A DNA stretch of 64,000 bases from a virus, in IMG/VR virus record IMGVR_UViG_3300042883_000668, positions 21,962-85,961 of that record; one strand, written 5' to 3'. The position numbers were made by a program, and so were the translations under genes. The first letter of the stretch is position 1. Each line of letters opens with the position of its first letter. Of the stretch, positions 37,494 through 49,400 are shown in pieces. Below the pieces are notes generated by a model. That model was not told where the DNA came from, did not search any database, and saw nothing but the letters and a program-made list of their open reading frames with translations.

Positions 37494-40400
37494 TTATGAA
37501 CAGCTTTCAGGTGAACGATCTATTCCTGGTAGACCATCTGGTTTATTTTGAGTTATTTCAGGATTAATAATTGTTGAAGATACACTTTTTTCTTGACTTG
37601 GTGAAATATTATTTTTAAGTTCATTAATTATATCTTTAAAAGTTCTTTTTATATTATATTTTTGTTGAAGAGCATTGGCTGCTTCAAATTGTCCTAATCT
37701 TGTTCCAGGATCTTTTATATTAGTATCAGTATATAATTGTTGAATTAAAGGATTTAAACCTGCTTTTTCTATATTAGCTTTATCATTAGCTGAGGAATCT
37801 TCTGAGACATAAAAACTAAACTCTCCTTTTTTATTATAATCAGCCCATTTATATAATCTAGTAAAAAGATTTCCTTTTTTTTCTTCTATTTTAACCATCC
37901 ATCTACCAGAAGATCTTTCAAATATTATATAAGGTTTTTCAGATACATCTGGATCAATATTAGTAACTTTAGTTTCACCAATAATAATAGGATTTTTTAA
38001 TTCTGTATCTATAGCATCATGAATACTAAAAACTTTATATGTTCTAGTAATTAGTTTAATATTATTAGCTAACCAATCAGCTTCTTCTTGAGTAAGTTCT
38101 TTACTTTCAACACTAGTAGTTGATTCAGTAGTTTCTTCTTCAAATTCTTCATCGCCCCATTCATCAGCTAAATCTTGTGCAGATAATATTGAACCTTCAG
38201 GTTTAATTTCAGCTTGACCATCAGTAATATTTTCACTATCAGAATTAGTTTCTACTTCTGATGTTTCTGGTACAGAAGTTAATTCATCATCACTAAGAAA
38301 TTCTGCAGCTAAATCTGCTTCAGATCTTCCATTAGTAGTTTTAGTTTTATCTTTATCTACAAATTTTTCATATTCATTATTAGGGAATTTAGTTTTTACT
38401 TCATCAGAATTAGGATTAATTTCTATTTTTTTAGCAGGAGAACCTAAATAGCTAACTTGACGATAAGTAATTTGACCACTTTCTTCAGTAGCTTCAACAT
38501 CTAATTTGTAAATAGGAGTAAATGTATCATTTAAAGTATATCTAATATACATTGGATGTTTATTATCTTCACCTGGTCTATTTAATTCAGTTTTTAATCT
38601 AGAGTCTTTAGAATTCATATCAACAATAATTGTTTTACCTTCTTCAATTTCAGTAAATAACTTTTGATTATTATCATAAACTCTAGTAAACTTCTTAGCA
38701 TTATTTCTAACTAACTGATCAATAATTCTTGCCATTCTTCCTTTATTAGTAGATTCAGATTTAACCATTTCTCTAATTTTTGCTCTAGCTTCAATTAACC
38801 CCATATCTTGTAAAATACTAGGATGAATTAATCCTGAATAAGCATGTAATCCTGAAAAGAATCCTGTATCTTTAAATGCTTGTTCAATTAATCTAACAGC
38901 AAATTCTTTATATTTTGAATTGTAAAGTCTAACTAATTCATCAATCATCATTTCTTTTTGAGCTAACTCATATCTGTTACCTTTTAAAGCAACATAATTT
39001 TGATTAGAGTTTTTAATTGATACTACTTCTAATGATTGAAGTAAAGCTGTAGATTTTAATTGTTCTTGAGCTTTAGCAGTTAATACTTTATCTCCAAATA
39101 TTTTATATTTATAACTTGTAGAAATCTTTTTACTTAATAATACTTTAAGGTCATTAATAAAATCTTCTTCAGGTATTCTATTTTCATCAGTATAAATATT
39201 ATCAAATGTTTCTTCAGCATCTAAGAACATCTGAATAAATCCATTAATAACTTCTCTATCTTCTGCCGGAATTCTTGTAAGATTTGATCTATTACCATAC
39301 TGCATTTTAGCTAATTCATCTTTAATGTTATTAAAGAATGGTGAAGCAAAATTATAATGTTTAGCCATAATCTCAAATTGAGCATCAATAGTATCAATAT
39401 AAGGTTTAATTGCATCACTGTTTAATAATTGTCCAATACCTGAAATAGCAGTATCATCTTTTATCAATGACTCTTTACTAGCTTTTTTACTATTTACATC
39501 TTCAAAGTTAGGTCCAGTTTCTTTGTTAATACTAAACAACTGATTTAATTCTCCTAATTCTTTAATTACATCTTCAGAATCTTTAAACACATTTAAAGCT
39601 ACAATTTGTGATTTTAAATAATTAAGTTTATCTGTACCAGTTAATTCTTCATTTTGTTGACTAAGACTTTTATAAGGTTGCTTTAATTTCTTTTTAGCTA
39701 ATTCTTCAGGGTTTAATGTTGAATATTTTTCTAAATCTTTTAAAGATAATGTATTATATTTACCTATTTTTTCAGAATCATTTTTTTCTAAATATTCTAC
39801 AATCTTTCTACTGTTAATAGAATTTCCTTCATTAAATTTATTTTCTGCATATAAGGCATCATAAGCTTCTTGATATTTTTGTATATATTCTGCTCTTACA
39901 GTATTAACATCTTGTTTAACAAAATCTTTACTTTTTAATTGCTTATCATTATTTTCTAATGCTGCAGATAAATCTTTAATAGCTTGTTGAGATGTAAACT
40001 GACTAGCTGTTCTAGAACCAAAACCTAATCTTACTAAATAAGACCATATTGGTAAAGTTTTCATACTAATACCAATAGAAGGTAACTGATTAGGAGATTT
40101 AACAGCATCTAAGATTACAGCCATCATTGAAGATAATTCTTCAACAATTTTATTACCAGAATCAGAAATAACTTTACTTAAATTCTTTTTAATTTGAGTT
40201 TCATTTTTACCTTCTTCATTTTTACTAAATACTTTTACACCTCTTTCAATAACAATACTTTCTCCATTTTCTTTAATAGTAATAGGTTTAATTTCTAAAT
40301 TACCTTCAGTAGCCCAAGCATGACCTGTAACTTGTAATGCAGATACACCTTTTAACATAGATATTTTATGGAATAAATCTTTTAAATATACTTGATGTCC

Positions 40401-43400
40401 TGGAGTAAAGTAATTACCATGATCTTCAGATTCTTCAACATTTTCATAAACATCAGCAATAGCACCTGGCCCAGAAGGAGTAATTAAAGATTCTAACATA
40501 TTTACAGATCTTAAAATTTGCATATAGTTATCTAAAATCTTATTATCTCTAGCAGGTTTAATATTTTGATCAGCTACAGATAATTTAGCAAAATCTTCAG
40601 GGAATGGAATAATGTTATTGTCTAATAATACTTGAATTTTATCATTATAATCTAATGTATAATCAAATTCTTCAATTTCTTTATTAGCTTGTTTAACTAA
40701 ATCTCTAGCATTTTTATCATTTTTTAAAACATGATTAATTAATGCTTTATATCTATCTAATACATTTTGTTCAGAAGTACCATCAATGTATTTAAATATT
40801 TTAAACTTACCATCTTTAGACATTACAAAGTCTTTAACTATAAAGTAGATTTTGTCAAAGTCAAAGTCAGCTCCAAATTGTTGAGTTACTTCATAAGGTA
40901 ATAACATTGCACCTTTGTATTCTGCAGGTAAAAACCCTACAACTCTAATAACCATTGAAGAGTGAGCTCCCTCATAAGGTATACGATAAATTAACATTTG
41001 TTTTAATTCATCAGGAATATTATCTTTAAATGAACCATCTGGATTAATAAACTCTCTAGCATGTGCTGGTGCATAAGCTTCAATAAAATCAATAGAAGAT
41101 ACTTTACCTGTTTTAGGATCAACTTCTCCTTTTCTTACCCAATTTAAACTAGTTTGTAATTTACTTAATTCTGGAGAAGCTTCTACAGCTTCTTGAAATG
41201 CTTTAGCTGTTTTATAATCAGATTGCTTAGGAGCAATTTGTAGACCTACAGAAGATACTTGTACTGCAGCACCACCTTTAAATTCTTGTCTTACTACACG
41301 CTTACTAAATACTGAAGATATTAATTGAATAGTAGCTTTAGAGTTAATTAAATCTAAAGGATATGAGAATGTACCATCAGGTTTTTGTTCAAATACTGCT
41401 TCAATAATTGAAGTTGAATTTCTAGAAGTAATTGCATTTTGAATAAACTCATTAAACTCTTTATTGTTTCCTTCAAATGCACTAACTACTTTACCTAAAG
41501 CTTCTTCAATATTAGCTTTATCTAACATTGCTATTTCATCTTTAATTTGTCTACCAGTTTTATCACCATACATTAAATCTTTTCCATTAGCATCTTTTTC
41601 TTGAACCATTCCATACATTAACATCTTCATCTGTCTTAGTGAACTATTACTAGAATCTAACATGTGATCAGGATTTGCTACTTGCTCACCAAAGTTATTT
41701 AAATCTAATTCAACAATACTTGTTTCACCAATATTTTCAATCTTAACTCTGTTAGGTAACATTGCTTTCATTGATGATTCAAAAGCTATTACTTGAGGAT
41801 AGTTTTCATCAGCATCCATTAAAGCTTTATGTTCAGCTAATAAAGGATTATTAGCAACATATTTATTACTTAATGGGAATATACTACACTTAACTTGTAT
41901 AGGTACATATCTTTGGTATTCTTCATTCCATTGAACACCATAAAAGAATGGTTTTATAATATCTAAAATTCCTTGTTGAGATTTAGGTACATTATTTAAA
42001 GCATCTGCTAAATCAGCATTACTAAATCCTTCTGTTAATTCTTGAGAAGAAACACCAAATAATCTTTTTAATTCAGCATAAACACCTACTGATACAAATA
42101 ACTGAGCATCTGTAGCATTTAAAGGGTTAACTATTTTACCATCTTCCTCTCTTTGATTATAATGAGCTTCAGCTAATTCTTGTACTTTAGGTAAATTATT
42201 ATCTTTAGCAATGTCTGCTAAATCTTGAGTAGATCTAGTACTTTCTTTAACATCAGCAATAACATTAATTTTCATCTTACCACCTTTAAGGTATTTGTAA
42301 GAATCATCAATAGTTGTTGTATCAGCAAATTTAAGCATTGAAAATCCTTGGTAAAAACGCTTACCATTATCTTCAGCTCCTTTATAAAATGCTGGATCAC
42401 CATTAATTAATAATGATTGAGATACATTAAATAATGTAGAGTTTAAAGCCCATTCTCTAATAAGTTTTTCTACATTATCTGTAGATAATTTATCAGATAC
42501 TAATTTACCTTCTTTAATTTGTATAACATCACTTTCTAAAGCTAATGCAATATGTGATTGTTCAATACTTTCTAAGTTAACCATTATAGAAGTATTAATT
42601 TCTTCCATTAATTTTGCTATTTTTTCATCACTTACATTACTAAGCATTCCTCTTAAATATTCAGAAGGATTTATACCTTTAGCAATAGTTTGATCTAATG
42701 TAGTTTGTAAGAAAGCATCTAATTTAGCTTTTAACTTAGGTGTAATAGCATTAGGTAAATTAAATTGTAAACCTAATTTTTTACCTAAATGAACATTGTT
42801 AATTAATTTATCTGTAGGTAATGTTTTAATATCAATCATTACCTGTCTAATTCTAGCTAACTCATTAAAGAATAGTTGTTGAAATTCTTTAACAATTTGA
42901 GAATCAGCAGGTATTTTATTATCAATTTTATTTACAGATATTTTTATACCAGTAAATCCAAATGATAATCCTTTTTCTGCAGGAATAATAGGAGCATATA
43001 CCCCTACTTCTAGTTCTAATTTATTATCTTTAGCTGTAGGATTATCATACATATTAATAATCATTGCTAAATAATCATCTGCATGTATTTGATTAAACTT
43101 CTTACCTGTAATATTATCTCCTTGCATTTTTAATCCATCTAATGCAAACATTTCTAACTTACCTTTATTATTTAAAATAATGTTATTAAAGTTCATTGGA
43201 TCTCTTTGTAGTTCTTTAACTAAATTATCACTAGCTATTTCTTTAGAGTTTAAAGCTTTAACTAACTTAGAAGCAAAAGATTGATGTTGTACAGCATATA
43301 CTACAGAGTTTTCAACATTATTAAATGATGAAGTAAATAATTCTGTTTGAGCATTAATTTCTAATTTAATTAAATTATTTAATACATTTCTAGCTGGTGT

Positions 43401-46400
43401 AAATTTATTTTTAACATACATTAAGTCACCATAATTTAACAAATCTCTTGTTAAATTTTTTAAATTTTCTTCTTTTAATGATGCATATAATTCAATAGAA
43501 TCAAATGATAAACCTATACCTAATTTTTGTGCTAATTCATATACTTCATCAATAGTTAATTTAGGAACTAATATTGTACCACTTTTTGTTTTTTCACCTT
43601 TAGACCAATAACTATCTAATAAAGCACTTACTTTATTTTTACTTACTTGATATACAGCTAAATCTTCATTAAAAGTTCTAATATCACTAGTAGCAAGATT
43701 AGTAGGATCTGTAATATTATCAGCAGTCCATTTTGTTTTAAGATTTAATGCAACATCTTTTCTATTAGGATCTAACATTTTAAATATATAACCTAATTTA
43801 CTTTTTGCATAAGTAACTAATTTATAATTTAAAACTTGTTTATTAAAGTTTGAAGCAAATTGTTGTTTAAAGTTTTTAGCTATTTGAGGATTAGTTATTT
43901 TTTCAATAGCTTCAATTATTTGTTTCATTTCAGTACTATATGGAGCAAGTTCTTTCATTATTTTCATTTGTTCTACAAATGAAGTAGTACCTACTAATGA
44001 AGTTTCTAACTTATAATATAGTTTTTCATATGAATGATATATTGTAAATCCATAAGAATCTATTTGAACAACACCTTGTTTACTAATTACTGGAATATTA
44101 GATAAAAATAATTTAATATCTTGAGTTGCAGATCTAATACCTGAGATTGTAGTTTGCTCTTGGAACCCTTTAGATTCATTACCCTGCATATTATCAATAT
44201 TTTCAGAATCTTTAGTTACATCTTCAGATCCTTCTGTTTCTGCAGTATCTACAAAATCTCCATCAAGGTTAAGTTTTCTAGTCAATTTAATTAATTTTTT
44301 AGCATTTAAAAGCATTCCTTCAAACTTTAAATCTACACCATAAGCAATTTTTAATAATGGACCATTAAGTTCATCATCAGATTTAGCATCTTCAGTTTCC
44401 CAAACAAGTTTATATTGTGCTCTAATTTTAGAAGCAATTTCATTAACTTTTTTCTTTTTAATCTCAGACATAGGTGTACCTTTAGCTAATTCTTTAGAAA
44501 TACCATCTAATAACTGATTAGCAATAGAGTTTGTTCTTTCTAACTCTACAGATAAAGGAATATTTAAATTGTCTGTATTTAAATATCTACTATAAGCTCC
44601 ACCAAAATCTTCTAAGTTAATAGCTTTATTTGCTAACTTAGCATCAATACTACGTTTAGCAAATTTACCTTTAGTTACTTCTTCAAATAATTTAGTAATT
44701 TGATCTTTGTTAGCATTTTTAAATACTCCAAATAAATCTACAATCTTATTAAAGAAATTAATTATTTTTTGACCTAATGAAGGATTAAATACTCCATCAG
44801 CATGTTTACCAAAATCATCAGCTAATCTTTCTTCATAATGTAATTGTGTAAGAATTTCATCAGATAAATTAGCATTGCCTTTACCTTTTCTTAAAAATTG
44901 TAATCTTGCAGCATTAGGTTTATCATACTTTTTAATAGCTTCATTTAATATTGCTCTACGTTCTTCATCAGATAACATATTTCTAAATACACCATGAAAT
45001 GCTTCATGGAATAAAGTTCTATTAGTTGCACCGTTAAATAAGTAAATTAACATGTTGTGAAACATACCATAAGTATCTTTCATATTTTTACCAACTTCTT
45101 CTGCTAACTTAGCATTAGCTATACTAAGACCTGGTAATATTTTATTTAATGCTTTTAAAGAAGCTTGATTAACAGCTTCACCACCTAATTGAGTTTTACT
45201 TTCAGCAAAGTCATCTCCTGTAACATCAATTTTATTAATATCTCTTTTAGGTTTTGCAGGAGTTATTATTTCTTGTTTAGTAGTTTCAGCAGGTTTAACT
45301 TTTAAAGCAGTTAGTTCTGCATCATATTTAGCATTGATTATATTATCAATACCTAAAAAATCTTTACCAAAATCTTTTTCAGCTTCTTTTTTACTTTCAT
45401 TTATTATATCTAAAGCTCTGGCATAAAGTTTTTTCCATTCTTCTAAAGTTAATCCTTTAGTTGTTCCTTCTTTTATTTTATCAGATAGTTTTGAAAACTC
45501 TTGAGCATCTTTATTTAAAATAGGAACTCCTGCATTTTTTTTACCAAACCAAGAATCTGCACCATGTTCTGAATATTTTTTATCAGTAACTCTTTCATCT
45601 CCTACTTTTTCTCCAAGCCATCCATGTTTAGTTTTTGCCACATCAAATCTTAAACCCATACCTTTTGAAAAGGTAATATCACTACCAGAACCTGAATAAA
45701 TAGATTCATTTTTATCTACAATATTAAAAGTTTGTGTAGATTTATTTTCTTCTAATATATCTCCTAAATTATTTTTTATTAAATTAGATATTTTTAAAGC
45801 ATCTTCACTACTTCCAATATAAATAGTTGCTCCATCATTTGCCATACTATTAAAATATGTTCCACCATCATTGTGAGCTTTAAAATATAAGTTATTATCA
45901 TATAAAAACTTAGCAACTTTAACTACTTCTCCTTTTTTAAATTGAATATGAAGTTTCCATCCTTTAGAAGAATTATCAGCATACTTTTTGTTTTTTGAAG
46001 TTTTAGGTGATTGATATAATCCATTTTTTCCATTTTTAAATATTTCATCTATTTTAGCATACTCTTCTTTTTGAGTTTCTAAATCTGTAGTATCAGCTTT
46101 AGCATCTGTAGAAGAAGTTATTTCTGAAAAATATTTACCAGTAGAAATAACTTTATTTTGATCTAGAGCTGCTATTGTTTTATCAATACTAGATTTCCAA
46201 GATTCTAATTTTGTAACATCATCACCTCTTTCTGTAGTTCTTTTTATAAATGTTTCTTTATCTAAAGTAATTATCTTATCAAAGTCTTTAGCATTTTCTC
46301 TTAAAAACATCATATCAGAAACTACAAGCATTTTACCAGTTTTCTTAGCTTCAGCAACAGCTTCTTTCCATACTTGTCTCATAGCTGTCTCAAATGCAGT

Positions 46401-49400
46401 TTCATTTAGGTCATTTCTCCATTCATTTAAACCTTTACTGTTTTGTTTATCTTTAGGTAATCCAAGTAGTTTTGCAACCTTAGGTTTAAAGTCAGTATCA
46501 AAATCTAATACTTTATTTGGATTCTGTTCTCTAAAAGTAGTTTTTCCTAATCCTGGATGCCCCCAAATAATTTTATCTGTAGAAGAAAGTTTTACATCAG
46601 CTTTAGCATCTGTAGTAGGTTTAACTTCTGATACATCAGTAATTAATTTATTATACTTATCATAAATAGGTTTATATATAGCGTATAAAGCATCAGGCAT
46701 ATCACCTTGATTTTCACCGTATGTATCTTTAAATTTAGCTAAATTTATTTTAGCTTTAACAAGATCTGCTTGCTCATCTGCTCTAAGTTTAGCAATCTGT
46801 TTTTCATCTGTAAAAGTTGTAGTTGTCACAACAGGAGAAATATTAGTTGCTGTAGTTGCACTAATAGGTTCTACTTTAATTTCAGGTTTAACATATCCTT
46901 CAGGATTATTAACTTCAATATAAGGTTGTACATAATATTGTCCTGTAGAATCAGTGTATGCGTTAGTTACTAATACATCATTATTTATTAATTTAGAATC
47001 TTCTTCAGATTTACCTAATTCATTAGCTGATAAATTATGTCTAACTTCACTTATTGCTTTTCTAAGTTCATCAATTTTATTACCAGTTAATATATCATTA
47101 AATGTTAATTTAACTACTCCAACTTTTACTGTACCATTTTCTACATGATCTTTATCTTCATAAATTCTTAATGCTTGAAGATTAGTTTTGTAGTTAGTAG
47201 TGTTAGTTGCAAAAATATATTTATTTAATTGTTGTAATGCTTTATTATAATCAATAGTTTTACCATCAACAATAGCACCTTTTAATATTGAAATAATGTT
47301 ATCAATAACTTCTTTAGAATTACTAACTTCACCAATTAACTTAGTATAAACTGGAATAACAAACCAAGTACCATTAGCAGTTTTAACAGCTTGATAAACT
47401 CTACCTTCAGAAAATGAAATATTTTTAAATTGTTCAGCAACTTTAGATTGAGCTTCAGTTAAATTTTTACTAGTTAATCCTACACCATCATCATATAAAA
47501 ATAAAGGTCTACCTTCAATCATATCTTCTGTTCTTTGAGAAACAGGTTGATCTAAAATTGGTAAGTTACCTGCCATTTTAGTTAATAATTTACCATGTCC
47601 TTTAACTAAAATTGTAGTTTTAAGAGTACCTGATGGCTTAGATAAAACATATTCTCTAATAGCCATTAATTCTTTATAGGCAACAATAACATCTAGACCT
47701 GCTTTAGGTCCTGGTTCATTAGTACCTAATCCTAAGAAACCTACAATTTTTCCATTAGCATCAACTAAAGCAATATCTTTACCATTGTGTACATAAGCTA
47801 CTTCAGATCCTTCTATAGCTACTGTTGGACTATTAACATCAATAGATACTTGTATATTAGATTCATCAATAGATACTTCTGCACTAGAAGCTTCCATTAC
47901 ATAACCTAATAATTCTTTTTTAGTATGTCTTGCCCATTTTTTAGTTCCTGATACAAAATCATAAAACTTCATCATTAAAGCATTTGGTTTTTTACTAACA
48001 AATTCTTTATTAGAAGTTTCATTATTTGTATTATTAGATTCTAATACTTCATCAGTATTTAAATTATCATCAAATGAATTAGTAATACCATTAGATAATT
48101 TTTCAATAACTTCATTTTCAGTAACTTCTGTTTTTGTAAAAGTAGCTCTTTTTTTAGCAATAGTATCTAATAACTCAGGAGTCATTTGAGTATCAACATC
48201 AGCATCAATTTGATCTATAATCTTTTTTAATTCATCACCATTTGCAGCATTATTAATAATGTTATTCCAATCAGTTTTAGAAACAGCTTTAGTAGCTTGT
48301 ATAGCTTCCCAATCACTAACAATAGCATCTTCATCAGCTTGTGTAATTTGTCCTGAAGATTTACCTTGTTGAAGAATATTATCAAGTTCTTTTCTATCAG
48401 TTATATCTTTATACCATCTAGTATCTTCTGCTGGAGCATTTTCTTCATCTTCAAATTCTGAAAAATCAGTAACTTTAGTTTCATCAGTATGTGCTTTCTT
48501 AGCTTCTGCAGCATCAGCATTTTCTCTAATAGTATTTTTATTTTTATTATATTTAGAATACCATTCTTGTAAAGATTTATCATCTTTAATTTTTAATAAC
48601 TCTTTATAATTATCAGTTTGTTCTTGTAATAAAGATTCTTTAGCAATAATTTGTTTATTTAAATCTTGTTCAGCAATAGTTAAAGGTTCAATTTTAATAT
48701 CAACTCCTGCTTCTTTTAATTTAGTTTCTTCAGCTTTTTTAATTTCTTCAAGTTGTTTTAATTTTTCTTCATTAGCTTTAAGTCTAAAAGGAATATTAAA
48801 ACTTTCTTTTGTTCCCATTGGATCAAAAGCTTTTAATTTTTCAACTACATCTTTTTGTTTTTCAATTAAGTCATTAATGTTATTGTAGTTTTTTAATTTA
48901 GGATCATTAATAACATTTTGAACATTATTTCTTTTAACTGTTAAATCAGTTAAATCTTTTTGTTCTCTAGCTAACTGTAAAGAGGTATGAAATAAATTAT
49001 CTTTAACTGCTTTTTTAGCTACTTTTTGTTCAGCAGAATCAAACATTAAAAATGCACCTTTTTTCTCAACTTGATTTACTTGAGATTCAACAGTTTGATA
49101 AGTATCAAATGCTTTTTGAACTTTATCTACTTCTTCTTTAGCTTGTTCTTTAGTAAGAATTTCAGTACCATCTTCATTCTTTTTACCTATTAAGTTTTTA
49201 ACACCTTCAAGTAAATGATGAGTAGTTCCATTTTCAAAATGCTTTTGTAATATCTGATCTTTTAATTTAAAATAATTAGCATCAACATTAAATACTCCAT
49301 CATCTTGTAATTCTTTATTTACTTTTCTATAAGTATTTAAATCTTTAGCTACTTTAGTTGTTGTTTGAATACCACCCATTAATGCAGCTAACATTCCACC

